Of a DNA stretch of 44,981 nt, positions 20,569-32,516 are shown piece by piece; within the stretch, counting starts at the first letter, position 1; each line of letters starts with the position of its first letter. A program made the translations under genes and the position numbers. Origin of the DNA: Nemertoderma westbladi (Eukaryota > Animalia > Xenacoelomorpha); the NCBI GenBank assembly GCA_032718475.1, contig JAUCBJ010005672.1:1-44981 (forward strand). Reading direction: 5' to 3'. The notes under the pieces were generated by a model. The model was given only the letters and a program-made list of their open reading frames with translations, had not been told where the DNA came from and searched no databases.

Positions 20569-23486
20569 TGTAAAAGCTTTTGTGGGATAACTGATACGTT
20601 TGCCTTTGCTGGCCAGTTCTCCCCCAGGCGCTGGAATACTCTAAAAAGGTTTTCTAACTGTATATATATTCCCCTCGCCCGCAAGGTACCTTTACAGGTG
20701 TTTTAACGGACATAAAAATCATTCTGCTATATACGTGTTTTGGCGGACATGGTAAGGCAAAAAACTTGTGATGCACCAACTACCTTTCACAGCTTAGCCG
20801 TGATGATTCATATTACGACATCTAGCAGCTGGTTGCTGACATGGAAACAGCCATTGGACGCGTGGTTCTTTGTTTGGCTTGGGCCAATCAGGGCGGTTTT
20901 TCCTGTCGACGTGTAGCTTTTCTGCCGATCATAAGGAGAGTGTTCAGTCTTACTGTTTTTTCTGGATACTTTGTTGTTATTGCTGTCTAAGCCAGAAACA
21001 CCGGCATTTTAGTAAGAACTATAGTAAACTGCTTGAATTATCGAAAGTATAAACTGTTACCTGACTTAAATCACTCATCTCACCTTGATACTTTACTTAC
21101 TTAATTTAATTGCATTAATCATATTGTTTGTACTGTTATTTTACCGTCAGTTATTAATTGTACCTATTTGTTGATGGAAATATTGCTATTTGGATAATAC
21201 GGATAAATCACCCAATTCCCAATTTTCTTGATAACACTACAGGTTAGAGAGACCGGCTATACATAACAATTGCGATTTATATTAATGTGGTGTGTATTGA
21301 ATCCAATGTTATTTAGCAGACCCTACGTGAGTCAATTACTGCTCTCTTTATGTGTGATCAAATGTACTGACTGTCGGCAGAATAGTGTGTATGATCGTGA
21401 TTGGTAACAAAGTATTTCCTAAAGAATACGCTTTATACTTTAATCATAAGCAGTATCGTTGCGTTTTAGTATAAGTCTTAGTTCTGTTTAAATAGATAAA
21501 GCGCCACGTCCTAAAGGAACTGTTAATATTTCCCGAAAGCCAATAATATCTGTCAGAGATTAATTATTAACGATCTATCGAATAATACATTAGGTATACA
21601 CTGCAACCTTACACTGTAATAATACAATTCAAGCATCCGAATTCAGTCTCCCGGGTGTAGATCCATCGGGTGAATGATCGCGCATGGGCTGACTTCGGCT
21701 AATGTTTTGCGTATTAGCATAAAATATTGTCGTATGCTAAAGTGGTTTTAATTAACTAGAAGACATATAAATTTTGGCAGGTTAAACTGCTAAAGGTCTT
21801 CAAAAGCGCGAACAGTAACAGTTTATAATCTTATTGCAGTAAGCAATAAGGTTGCAAGTGTAGGCATTAAATACAGTTTAATACTGTTCTGACGAACAGT
21901 AACAGTTTACAATCTTATTGCAGTAGGCAATAAGGTTACAAAAATACCGTAGTGACTGGTAAAATTGAACCGGTACTTTGTAGGTCAGTAGGCCTAACTG
22001 TCATCACCGGTACCGGTACTGCTGTACAAGTACATTTAGTATTATTCGATTTGATTATTGTATACCGGTAGGCTGTTTAAGAGATTAGGGACTGTACACC
22101 CCTTGTTTCTTTTGGAGCTTACTTATTTCTGTCAGTTTTATTTCCCAGTAAGTTAATATTGAGCAGAAGGCGTGTGACCCTGCTCAGATTGTTCAGATAA
22201 TTGTAGGCTGAGCTGCTGTCTGACTGTGGTTGGGTTTGGAGAGATTGCGGCGTGTGTAGAGTTTGTCTGATAAAGTGCCGTTAGTAAGTTGGGGCAGTCA
22301 TAACTGTAAGGTCAATCCCCTCTTAAAGAGTAAGTCGTACTACCGTGTTAGCACGCATACTAACTAACAGTTTCAGAGTCTGCATATACTGTAGTTTATC
22401 TAGGCTTGATCGTAGTCTGCCAGTGTTTTAGCCTGTGTTTGTTTGTGTGGTCTGTTCAGGTACCGTAATAGTTATTACTCAAATATTTGTAGGCTGGATT
22501 GTTGTCTAGCTATTTTTGGGTCTGAAGGGATTGCTGCGTGTGTAGAGTTGGTCTGATAAAGTGCCGTTAGTAAGTTGGGGCAGTCATAACTGTAAGGTCA
22601 ATCCCCTCTTAAAGAGTAAGTCGTACTACCGTGTTAGCACGCATACTAACTAACAGTTTCAGAATCTGCACATACAGTAGTTTGTTTAGGCTTAATAGTA
22701 GTCTGCCAGCGTTTGGTTTGTATTTGTTTGAGTATTCTGTACGGGTAGCGTAATATTTATTATTCAGAGTTTATGCGATTATTCGCAACATTCATGTCCC
22801 CAAGTTTATTCCTACAGTAATTGTGCTTGTTATACATACCGTTATAGTTAAACTAACCCCGGTACTACATCAGGGCTGCTTGGCGTAGGTAAAGACTGAC
22901 GACTTTGTGCTTCGGTCACTCCAGCAGATGCCGTGGTTCTTTTAACTGTTCAAGTATATTTAACTACTGATTATTTGTTATACCGGTACTTGTACCTAAT
23001 TTAGGGTTTAGAGTACAGTGCCTTCCGAAGTAATTAGTGTAGGCAGTATATTTGTGTTGTAAAGTGGTTGATAGGCACATTCGTTAGCTCTATTAGCTTC
23101 TGGATAGGAACAATCCGTGATACATAACGTAGTACCTATAGCGATACGGTTATAGGTCGTCAGGCGGTGGTATTTTCCTATCTGGACAGTACAATATATT
23201 TACTACTACTTATTATTTAAATACCGTAGTACCCTGTCCTTTGTAATAGCCAGAAATCTAACCCTTTGTTAGACTGGTTTGTAGACTTCCTGTAAAATTA
23301 CCCTAAAAATTTCGTCCGTAATATTTTGTTGTGTTTAATTAGAGAATTGATCTCACCCGTATCGTAAGTAATTTGTAGTATTAAGTAACTTAGGTAAATT
23401 AGAATTATCAGTTTTAGTGTCAAATAAATAACACTTCACTGAGAGCGCTCAGCTTCTGTGTAGTGACTTCCCCAGAAATAATAACA
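20569..23486 (+). repeat. Candidate long (~2.9 kb) LTR upstream of BEL copy 2
   Basis: Starts TGTAAAAGC; CCAAT at ~20884; AATAAA at 23423 followed by ...AATAATAACA; internal ~286-bp tandem duplication (~22195-22765); an inverted homologue of its 5' part lies at 31591-31979. No PBS is visible after it. Confidence 0.55.
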
Positions 23487-24071
23487 TTTATTTCAAATAT
23501 TGTCAAAACCCCTTTTTAAACGGGTATATATCTATTATAAATCAACTCAAACGATTTATAAATAGTAGGCCTGCCATACAACAACTAGGTCTCACTGTCA
23601 GTTGGACTACTGCTTAAATAACGGTAATAAAGTAAGTTAAAGTAACGAAGTAACCCCAAAATATTCAGAAATTCAATTATTCTAAAAATAATTGACATAC
23701 CGGTACTTACCATAGGCTTATTATATTTATTTCTATAAATTTGAGCTGAAATCATACCGGTACTCTGTAATTAATTCTAGTCCAGAATTATACTTATATA
23801 CTATAAGTGTAAGCTGTATACCGGCATTCATTATAGGCCTACTATATATATATATATTTGTGCTAAAATTATACCGGTACTCTGTGACAAATCTAGTCTG
23901 TAATAACACTTATATATTATAAGCATACCGGTATTCTAATATATTGTGTATATATCACGTTACACCGAGTAACGGTACCGGTAATAAATCGCTAGGCTTG
24001 CGGTCATACTGAATTACTAGACTTGCTTTAACTGAAACTATAGTAGTAGACATTCAACTGTATAACTAAAC

Positions 24072-27000
24072 ATGTCTGACACTCAGCAAAACCTGTCGGA
24101 CAGTCTGATCGAGACCACTATCTGTGATTCAGATAGGAGTGTGGAGCGAATAAGAGAGAAGTTCGGCTCACCTCCTACTGTAAAAAAGGTCATCCCTCCA
24201 GTAGTATCAGACCCTAGGCTAGTCCACCATAGGTCCATCATAGGCACTCGGGCACAAGTAAAACGGGACCAAGAGGCAGTTGTCCTATCGCAGCAACATC
24301 TTGGTCAAGAACCTACTTCCCAGCGATCTGATAGCTCCAGCAGTTCGGATACTGTAGAGTTGACTCCCGAACATGGAGTGCAGATGGCTGATACAGTCTA
24401 CTCGGACCCCCTCCTTACTCTTCCTGCTGCAGTGCTAACTACTATATTCATTGCGGTGGAGGAACATCAAGCCGACTGGGCGAAGAATAAGCGAGCGACC
24501 CAAGATAATTACGCGGGATACGCCAGGGAAGAATTGAGATCTATTGTTGAATCACAATGGAACTTTCCCGGACTAGGACTCCCGTTGGACCTGTCCGAGG
24601 CTACTTGGGAAGAAATACACAGGATGGGAGTGGCAAAGGATACAATGGATCCAGCTGTTTGGAAGAGGTCGGCAGCAGGATATGTGCAGGGATTCTTCGG
24701 CTCCTTGGAGCGCTTGGAAGAACAATTGTTTCGACAACTTCAAGGACCTCAAGAGCAGGAAGAGCTGCTATACCAAGTACGTGAAAGAACCCTACGCATT
24801 CGACTAATCCTCTCAGCCTTTGAGGAAACTTCCAAAAGAAGACAGGACACGTCGCTGCAGGTTGCTGTCAAAACTTGGTTACATCGGGTAGATCTCAAAG
24901 TACAGGAAACGGCCACGTGGAAATCCCAGCTGGCTGAGAGATCAACCTATGAAGAACCAACTAATATCACCGAACCAACTGATGTCACCCTTGCACAAGA
25001 GGAAAGCGAAGAGGCCGCCAAGAAACCGCGAACTAGAGACGCTATCGACATTTATTTGTCCGACTATCAGCGATTCCTAGGAGACGAAGAGTTGAGGAGA
25101 CGGCTGCATGGACTTTCCCCTAATAGTGAAGGAACCAAGCTTATATTGGACTCGATCGATGCCGAAATGTTAGCTGCAAACCAAGCTGAATGTGATGAAA
25201 AACTCCGTCTCACTAGAGTCCGAGAAGAACAAGTAAAGAAAGAACTGATAGAGACAAGAAGGGTAGCAGCAGCAGAAGCAGCGGAAACAGAAGCCGAAAG
25301 AAAGGCAAAAGTGGCAGAAGCACAGCGGAGAGCGTCTGAGGCGACTATCCAATTGGAGTTGGAGAATCTGCAAGAAACACAAGACAGTATAAATAAACAG
25401 TTTACTGCTAATCAAATGCAGATGATGAGAAAATCTACTCCCAAGCGCCAGGGGTACACATCATCGGAGGAAGGCGATACTACCGACCCTGAAGGCGGAG
25501 GAGATAGATCTCATCTAAGTAGGCGTAGAAAAACATATTACCGTCGTAAATTGCCTGATTTGCCCCCAGCTGTTAAAAGACAGCTAACTAGCACAGATTT
25601 GGGTAGTGCAGAACCCATAGAACAATTTATCCAGGTCCAAAGACTCCCTACTATAGTCGATGAACCTGAAATAATTAGGCCTGTAGTTCCCAAAGTCACT
25701 TCTGTGCTAGAGACCCCTACACTTCCAGAGCTTAACTCTAAATTCCCTTTACATAGCACTACACTGCCTGTACCCGGTGGAACAGTCCATGCAAATACCC
25801 CTGTCCAGATAGCAGAGAGAGAAATCAATAATTTGTCTCCCGTCGTCCCGCGTCAGCCCGCTACTATGTTGGCGACTCCCGCTTCGGCGGTTGAGTGGGT
25901 GGAAGAGGGACGGCGGGGGATGAATCTCCTGTTAGGACAGATGCAGGAGACTGTCCACCAACTTAAGGGAACGGTGAGGGAAAGTAGAGCAGAGTTGCAA
26001 GAAGTGCAGCAAAGTATCGCGCTAGAACGCGACAAATTAGTCAATATACAAAAAGGCATACCAATGCCCCCTGTAACATTGTGTCAACCCGTTAGGTCTG
26101 AAGTATTACATGCGCAAGGTGTGGAGCCTACACGCATCTATACTGCTAGTGAAGTTGAAACTCCTATAGCAAACCCTATTAAGGGTGATTATAGACCTGT
26201 TATTAATGATATTCCCTATAGACCTGATAATGATCCGAGAAATTTATATACCGATAATTCGATATTAAATAACACGATGGCCCAAGAAAGCTTTACGCGT
26301 CAGATGGCTAGAACAGAAGCCCGCCAAGCGGTCAAAGTGGGAGAGATCGTCAAATTCAATGGAGATGAGATGAAATGGTTACCTTTCAACGAATATTACA
26401 AAGATAGCATACAGAATTCTGTACTATCTAACGGAGAGAAACTTAGATTCCTCATCAAGTGTTTGGAAGGACCTCCCAAGTTAATGGCGTTAAAGTTTAT
26501 TGGACATCCAGAAGGATTAAGACAAGTTTGGGATACATTAAACATCAGGTATGGTAACAAAGATAACATAGCTAAGTATTTGTATACAAAGTTAGTAGCC
26601 CCCCGACACTTCCTTAGTAGTGGGATTATAGAGTTTTCCGATGAAATACAAGAGATCTGTAGACAACTGGACTGGTTAGGTAAGTCGCACGAATACCAGA
26701 GTTCCATGGTTATTGGAGCCGTAGTCTCTACTTTACCAAAGGGTGGAGTATGTACACGCTGGGACAAGAAAGTGTTGTACATGAATGAACAACAACGACG
26801 AAGTCCAACCATGGCTGATCTCATGTCTTTCTTAGATGGTGAAGTCAAATTACAACTCATCAAGCAGTCCAGAGAGAAAACATCGGAAAATAAGGTAAGT
26901 GAGAAACCTACTTCTAGGAGGAGAGTAACACCGGTGTGTTACACTGACGACGGCGAAAGCCAAGCTTCCCAAGACGAAGACAGCGGGAAAGACACCGAAC

Positions 27001-30000
27001 GATCTTATTATATTGACAAAACCTCCAAGGACGTAAGTAAATACAAAGCTCGAACCAACAATAGGAGAGAACAGGTTACTAAGACCCCTCCTCAGTCTCC
27101 TAACAGAATGCGCGGGAGAAAGCCCGAAGAAAGAACGAGAGTGCAGCATACTACCCAGGGTAAAGTAAGTAACATAAAACCTAACTGTGCGCTGTGTGAT
27201 GGGACCCACCGTTTGAGTGCGTGTGCGGAATTTCTAAAGAAACCCCTTGTAGACAGACGTACAGTTGTGTGGGACAAGCGGTTATGCTATAATTGCCTCA
27301 GACCAGGACACCAACGGCGAACCTGTTACTCCGACATAAAGTGTGAAAAGTGTAGCGCGAAACATCACGTCTTGTTACACAGTGAGTTCGAACGAGACAA
27401 CCAGAGTCAGGTAAGTGAGCCCGAACTACATGTCCAATTCAGTGATGTGAACGACACTGACCAAGGTTCTGAGTGGGAAGGATTCTATACAGACGAATTC
27501 TCCGATGCCAACGAATCCTGTTATCTAATAAATACCGCAGTGTATCGAGCACTTACTTACGAAAAAGACATCAACGAGGAGTTTCCCCAAACTACTTTCG
27601 CCAAACAACCATCTTGGAAAGCTCCAGCTTCCAACGTAGGAATCAGAGAATTTCCTGTAGTTCAGGTAAGAGTTCACGGTCTTAACAAGAGCTACATAGT
27701 GAACGCCCTCCTGGACTCCGGCAGCACAGGAACATTCATCGATCAAGAACTAGCCGAAGATATCTTTGCTGGACAACCCAAGTTCCGGACTAAATTGAAT
27801 ATGTCAGGAATTATGCAGGTTTGGAAATCTACCCTGATGGCAGATTACTATGTAGGTGTGTTGTCCACCCCCCAGGATAAGTTAGGAACACAAGGTGTAA
27901 GGTCAGTAAAAATGGTGGCTATAAAGAACTTTGCTACTACTCAAGCAGACCTTTATAATTGGGACGAAGATGAGAGCGTCCAACATCTTAAGATACCTCG
28001 ATTCCAGACAGATTATCCTGAAGTGCAAATACTTATCGGCCAAAACGCGCACGAGGCGCTCGAAACATTAGAGAAACGGCCTGCTCAACCACAGCCACTG
28101 CAAACTTATGCGGTAAGAACTAGAGTAGGTTGGTACTTCACTGGCCCTTCCCGTAGAACTCTAGAAGAGAGAATGTCACACGACCAAATAGATCAGGTAA
28201 GTGATTGGGAAGAGGAAAACAGCGAAGTGGACGAACCAACTGAGGGAACACCATACTCCTCAGATAATGACGACATCTACCAACTCTTCGAAGAAGAGAA
28301 CACAATTGACCTACTTACCGAAAACCAAACTTGGAAAACCCAAACGAACCTATGTCAACTGATTCGCCCAACAGAATCCACTAATTATAATGACGAACTT
28401 AATGACGAGGTAGAGCGCTACAACGCTAGAACTCGGGACGAACTCGCCGTACGATTCTTTACCCAAGAATTGGTAGAACCCAATTCATACGACAAAGCCC
28501 TGTCGATCGAAGAAGAAAGAGCCAAGCAAATCCAGGAAACAACCACACGTTTTTTAAAAGATCAAGGTAGATATGAAATCGGACTACCCTTCCGAAAACG
28601 TGAACCCAGATTTATAAATAACAGGCCCTTGGCTGAGAAAAGAATCAATCAATTACATCGACGTCTGACGGCAAACGCTTCAGCTAAGGAAATGTACCAA
28701 ACTCAGTTGAAGAAATTTATCACAAAGGGATATGCGGAGCGAGTACCGGAAGGAACTCCAATAACTGAAAGGACTTATTATCTAACACATCATTATGTTC
28801 CCAAACCCGGTAAACCCCATGAAGTACGGGTTGTATTTGATGGCTCCGCCCTATATATGGGCCAATCCCTTAATTCCGAGTTGTTACCAGGACCCAACTT
28901 GCTCCAATCTTTGTTGGGGATACTGTTGAGATTAAGACAATATTCCATCGCGTTCGCCTCCGATATAGAAGGAATGTTCCTACAAGTCAAGGCGTTGGAT
29001 CGTGATAGAGACAGCCTAAGATTCCTGTGGTGGCCTGAAGGAGATCTCAACCAGACACCGGTAGAGTACTGGATGACCATCCAGGCTTTTGGGATTATAT
29101 CAAGCCCTTCAAACGCCTGCTCAGTGGTCCGTACCACTGCGGATGACAACCGGGATGCCTTCTCCAAAGAGGTGATAGATAACATAAAGCGCAATATATA
29201 TATGGACGACAATTTAAGGTCCCTTCCATCAGTAGAAGAAGCCATAGCTGTCGCGAAAGGAACGGTAGAGTGTTTGAAAAAGGGTGGATTTCGACTGACG
29301 AAATTCACTAGTAACTCCCGTGAGTTTCTGGAAGCCATACCGGTAGAAGATCGCGGAGCGAAAGACTTAGACTTAATAAAGGACGATCTTCCTGAAACCA
29401 AGACGCTAGGCTTGAAGTGGGACACAGAAAGAGACATCCTGTTTTTTCAGTTAAAACAGCGAGATAATCCAGTTCGGACCAAACGGATTTGTTTAAGTAT
29501 TCTGAGCACTTATTTCGATCCCTTGGGATTTATTAGCCCAGTTATATTGATTGCTCGGAGTTTAGTACAACAAATGTGGCTGGAAAACCACTCGTGGGAC
29601 GATCCACTCAAGGGAGAACTATTAAAGAAATGGATGAAATGGGAGGATTCGCTACCTGCCATCGAGAACTTTATAATTTCCCGTTCATATTTTGGTCATG
29701 TTCTCCCTACATATTCCTATCAACTCCATGTATTTGGAGACGCCAGCGATATGGGGATCGGTATAGTAGCATATCTGCGAGTCGAAACTCCGGATGGAAT
29801 CAAAGTTGCCTTGGTTACCTCTAAGGCATTGATTAACAACAAGCTTAAGGTTCCTCGAGCGGAGTTAAAAGCAGCATTATACGCTACCGCTATCGGACGG
29901 AATGTAACAGAACAGATCGATTATCCACTGGAGAAAACCGTTTATTGGACCGACGCTTTACTTGTATTGGAATATATAACGAATGAAGTCTGTCAGTTCA

Positions 30001-31691
30001 GCGTCTTTGTTACTAACAGAGTGGCCATTATTCTTAGTCGCACAACGATAGATCAATGGAGACATTGCCCTGGTACTATTAACCCAGCTGACATCGCCTC
30101 CAGAGGAGCAACTCCACAGGAACTGATAGATACTCCAGATTGGTTGGGTGGACCCGACTTCCTGAGCAAGGAAGAGGACGAATGGCCTCCTCACCTTACT
30201 ACGGCGGAAATTAGACAAGCCAAGGGAGCGGAGACTGTCAAACCTAAAACCCGGGCGAGTAAATCGAAGTTATTTAAACCGGCTATCGATCTATCTGTAT
30301 TACATGTTTCCGAGAACGATACTTCGGATCCACAATCCCTCGACACAAACAAATCTGTTGTGGAAATTAGAGATAGAAATTGGAAATCTGAGATACCAGA
30401 CGTCTCGCAAGGAATCTCACCCCTGCTGCAGAGAGCACTGCATCATTACAGTTCCTGGAATCGTCTCTGTAAAGCTATCACATACTTAAAGAGATGTTTT
30501 CACCATCATTACTCCAGGAAGAAGAACACTAGTGATCCTGCTCTAGTAACATCTGCACAAGTTCATGTTATTAAAGATCTACCTAAGTACAAGATATCAG
30601 ACCGGTTTCTAAAGGAGAAGATCAGCTACCAGGAGCATGAAGAAACTAATAAGCAGCTACTGAGACTATTGCAATGCTATGAGGATTCCGATAGGTATTT
30701 TCTGCTATTAAGAAATCCGCAGATGCGCTTAAGGGATCGCTTCTCTAGCACAATGATAGATGGGTTAATACGCGTTGGAGGAAGACTCACCAATGCTCCA
30801 TTATCTTTTGATACTAAATTCCCTATACTCATTAGTAATCTTGAAGTACAAATCAAGATGATTGTAGATGTTCACAGTAAACTGTATCATGCTGGTAGAG
30901 AACGAGTTCTTAGCGAGATTCGAACCCGCTATTATTTTCATAAACCACGTAGAGCTCTGAATCAAGTTCTTAGGAACTGCATACCTTGTAGGAAAGTATT
31001 CAGTAGGCCTTTAACACAGCGAGAGGCAGAATTACCTAGGGAACGAGTAAGCTTTTATGAACCACCCTTTACTAATACTGGTGTGGATTTATTTGGCCCT
31101 ATTGAAGTATATCGTGCTAGAACTATAATCAAGAGATGGTGTGTAATCTTTGTCTGCATGACTTGTAGAGCTATCCATCTCGATATGGTGAACGATCTAT
31201 CTACTAACAGCTTCGTCTTATGTCTACGACGACAGATCGCTCGTTTCGGCACTAGCAATACGATGAGATCCGATAAGGGAACGAACTTCATTGGTGCCAA
31301 CAACGAAATCCAGGCTTACGTAAAGGACTGGAATCAAAGACAGGTGGATGACCAGCTACGGATAACGGCGTCTAGCTGGACCTTTAACGCCGCCGACGCC
31401 CCTTGGTGGGGAGGAAGTTGGGAGAGATTGATTCGAAGTGTCAAGACCGCATTTCACTTTATAGTGCCGTGCCGCGCATATCTCACCGACGAACTTCTAC
31501 GGACGTTAATGGAAGAAATCGCTGCCTATCTTAACGAGAGACCGCTTATGCCAGTCTCATCGAGTGTCGCGGTACAGCAGTATCTATCCAAAAATGCCGG
31601 TGTTTCTGGCTTAGACAGCAATAACAACAAAAGTAACAACTCTCTCTCTTATTTTCCAAGAATCCCGTTCAACACATGTAATCAGCAGTGA
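24072..31691 (+). CDS. BEL/Pao gag-pol polyprotein (2539 aa) with truncated, chimeric integrase C-terminus
   Basis: DUF1759-like gag (FNGDEMKWLPF); zinc knuckles CALCDGTH/CYNCLRPGH/CEKCSAKHH; protease ALLDSGS; RT RVVFDGS...YMDD; RNase H LHVFGDAS...HCPGTINPAD; integrase HHCC and GVDLFGP/RSDKGTNF/WWGGSWERLI. Homology ends after LNERPLMPVSS (~31563). Confidence 0.95.
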   Translation: MSDTQQNLSDSLIETTICDSDRSVERIREKFGSPPTVKKVIPPVVSDPRLVHHRSIIGTRAQVKRDQEAVVLSQQHLGQEPTSQRSDSSSSSDTVELTPEHGVQMADTVYSDPLLTLPAAVLTTIFIAVEEHQADWAKNKRATQDNYAGYAREELRSIVESQWNFPGLGLPLDLSEATWEEIHRMGVAKDTMDPAVWKRSAAGYVQGFFGSLERLEEQLFRQLQGPQEQEELLYQVRERTLRIRLILSAFEETSKRRQDTSLQVAVKTWLHRVDLKVQETATWKSQLAERSTYEEPTNITEPTDVTLAQEESEEAAKKPRTRDAIDIYLSDYQRFLGDEELRRRLHGLSPNSEGTKLILDSIDAEMLAANQAECDEKLRLTRVREEQVKKELIETRRVAAAEAAETEAERKAKVAEAQRRASEATIQLELENLQETQDSINKQFTANQMQMMRKSTPKRQGYTSSEEGDTTDPEGGGDRSHLSRRRKTYYRRKLPDLPPAVKRQLTSTDLGSAEPIEQFIQVQRLPTIVDEPEIIRPVVPKVTSVLETPTLPELNSKFPLHSTTLPVPGGTVHANTPVQIAEREINNLSPVVPRQPATMLATPASAVEWVEEGRRGMNLLLGQMQETVHQLKGTVRESRAELQEVQQSIALERDKLVNIQKGIPMPPVTLCQPVRSEVLHAQGVEPTRIYTASEVETPIANPIKGDYRPVINDIPYRPDNDPRNLYTDNSILNNTMAQESFTRQMARTEARQAVKVGEIVKFNGDEMKWLPFNEYYKDSIQNSVLSNGEKLRFLIKCLEGPPKLMALKFIGHPEGLRQVWDTLNIRYGNKDNIAKYLYTKLVAPRHFLSSGIIEFSDEIQEICRQLDWLGKSHEYQSSMVIGAVVSTLPKGGVCTRWDKKVLYMNEQQRRSPTMADLMSFLDGEVKLQLIKQSREKTSENKVSEKPTSRRRVTPVCYTDDGESQASQDEDSGKDTERSYYIDKTSKDVSKYKARTNNRREQVTKTPPQSPNRMRGRKPEERTRVQHTTQGKVSNIKPNCALCDGTHRLSACAEFLKKPLVDRRTVVWDKRLCYNCLRPGHQRRTCYSDIKCEKCSAKHHVLLHSEFERDNQSQVSEPELHVQFSDVNDTDQGSEWEGFYTDEFSDANESCYLINTAVYRALTYEKDINEEFPQTTFAKQPSWKAPASNVGIREFPVVQVRVHGLNKSYIVNALLDSGSTGTFIDQELAEDIFAGQPKFRTKLNMSGIMQVWKSTLMADYYVGVLSTPQDKLGTQGVRSVKMVAIKNFATTQADLYNWDEDESVQHLKIPRFQTDYPEVQILIGQNAHEALETLEKRPAQPQPLQTYAVRTRVGWYFTGPSRRTLEERMSHDQIDQVSDWEEENSEVDEPTEGTPYSSDNDDIYQLFEEENTIDLLTENQTWKTQTNLCQLIRPTESTNYNDELNDEVERYNARTRDELAVRFFTQELVEPNSYDKALSIEEERAKQIQETTTRFLKDQGRYEIGLPFRKREPRFINNRPLAEKRINQLHRRLTANASAKEMYQTQLKKFITKGYAERVPEGTPITERTYYLTHHYVPKPGKPHEVRVVFDGSALYMGQSLNSELLPGPNLLQSLLGILLRLRQYSIAFASDIEGMFLQVKALDRDRDSLRFLWWPEGDLNQTPVEYWMTIQAFGIISSPSNACSVVRTTADDNRDAFSKEVIDNIKRNIYMDDNLRSLPSVEEAIAVAKGTVECLKKGGFRLTKFTSNSREFLEAIPVEDRGAKDLDLIKDDLPETKTLGLKWDTERDILFFQLKQRDNPVRTKRICLSILSTYFDPLGFISPVILIARSLVQQMWLENHSWDDPLKGELLKKWMKWEDSLPAIENFIISRSYFGHVLPTYSYQLHVFGDASDMGIGIVAYLRVETPDGIKVALVTSKALINNKLKVPRAELKAALYATAIGRNVTEQIDYPLEKTVYWTDALLVLEYITNEVCQFSVFVTNRVAIILSRTTIDQWRHCPGTINPADIASRGATPQELIDTPDWLGGPDFLSKEEDEWPPHLTTAEIRQAKGAETVKPKTRASKSKLFKPAIDLSVLHVSENDTSDPQSLDTNKSVVEIRDRNWKSEIPDVSQGISPLLQRALHHYSSWNRLCKAITYLKRCFHHHYSRKKNTSDPALVTSAQVHVIKDLPKYKISDRFLKEKISYQEHEETNKQLLRLLQCYEDSDRYFLLLRNPQMRLRDRFSSTMIDGLIRVGGRLTNAPLSFDTKFPILISNLEVQIKMIVDVHSKLYHAGRERVLSEIRTRYYFHKPRRALNQVLRNCIPCRKVFSRPLTQREAELPRERVSFYEPPFTNTGVDLFGPIEVYRARTIIKRWCVIFVCMTCRAIHLDMVNDLSTNSFVLCLRRQIARFGTSNTMRSDKGTNFIGANNEIQAYVKDWNQRQVDDQLRITASSWTFNAADAPWWGGSWERLIRSVKTAFHFIVPCRAYLTDELLRTLMEEIAAYLNERPLMPVSSSVAVQQYLSKNAGVSGLDSNNNKSNNSLSYFPRIPFNTCNQQ

Positions 31692-31979
31692 GACAGGATA
31701 ATTTCAGTTCAGTAGCTCGGGATTGGTCGAAATCAGAACTAACTCAACGCAGGGCTATGGGTAACTGGGGCAACCTTCCCAAGCCGGCTGGCCAATCGAA
31801 CAGCTCAGATCCCTCCTAAAGGATTCCAACGCTTTGGAGGGGGGAACTGGTTAGCAAAGAAAACAAATCAGTCATATCCCAGAAAAACCTTTACAGTAGG
31901 TTTCAGAGTATTTTAGCGTATGGGGGAAAAACTGGGTTGCGGGGCGAAGGGCCAGTTACATCCCACAGAAGCTTTTACA
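31591..31979 (-). repeat. Inverted, diverged LTR fragment related to 20569-21010
   Basis: Minus strand starts TGTAAAAGCTTCTGTGGGAT at 31979; 31591-31631 is the exact reverse complement of 20970-21010 (41 bp); the first ~85 bp are tandemly duplicated. Confidence 0.8.
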
Positions 31980-32452
31980 ACAACAAACAATTGTCGTAAT
32001 GTTGTGACAGCCACAAACAATTGTCGTAATGTTGTGACAGCCACAAACAATTTTCGCAATATTGTGACAGCCAGAAACAATTGTCGCAATATTGTGACAG
32101 CCACAAAAAATTGTCGCAATGTTGTGACAGCTACAAACAATTTTCGTAATGTTTTGAAAGCCACAAACAATTGTCGTAATGTTGTGACAGCCACAAACAG
32201 TTGTCGTAATGTTGTGACAGCCACAAACAATTGTCTCAATATTGTGACAGCCACAAACAATTGTCGCAATATTGTGACAGCCACAAAAAATTGTCGTAAT
32301 GTTGTGACAGTCACAAACAATTGTCGCAATATTGTGACAGCCACAAACAATTGTCGTAATATTGTGACAGCTACAAACAATTGTCGTAATATTGTGACAG
32401 CCACAAAAAATTGCAGGAATGTTGTAACAGCCACAAACAATTGCCGTAATAT
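31980..32452. repeat. 30-bp satellite, array A
   Basis: Unit ACAGCCACAAACAATTGTCGTAATGTTGTG; the order of variants matches that at 33171-33540. Confidence 0.97.
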
Positions 32453-32516
32453 TAGAATTAATCTTCAAATAAACTTTTAAATTTATCATCAAAATAATAT
32501 AAGTGTGTAAATTTAC

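Noticed and set aside
24557-31303. Short overlapping and antisense ORFs within gag-pol
   Set aside because: Shadow ORFs with no recognisable motifs.
20569-31979. DIRS-type element suggested by the inverted termini
   Set aside because: It encodes an aspartic protease and a DDE integrase in BEL/Pao order, with no tyrosine recombinase.
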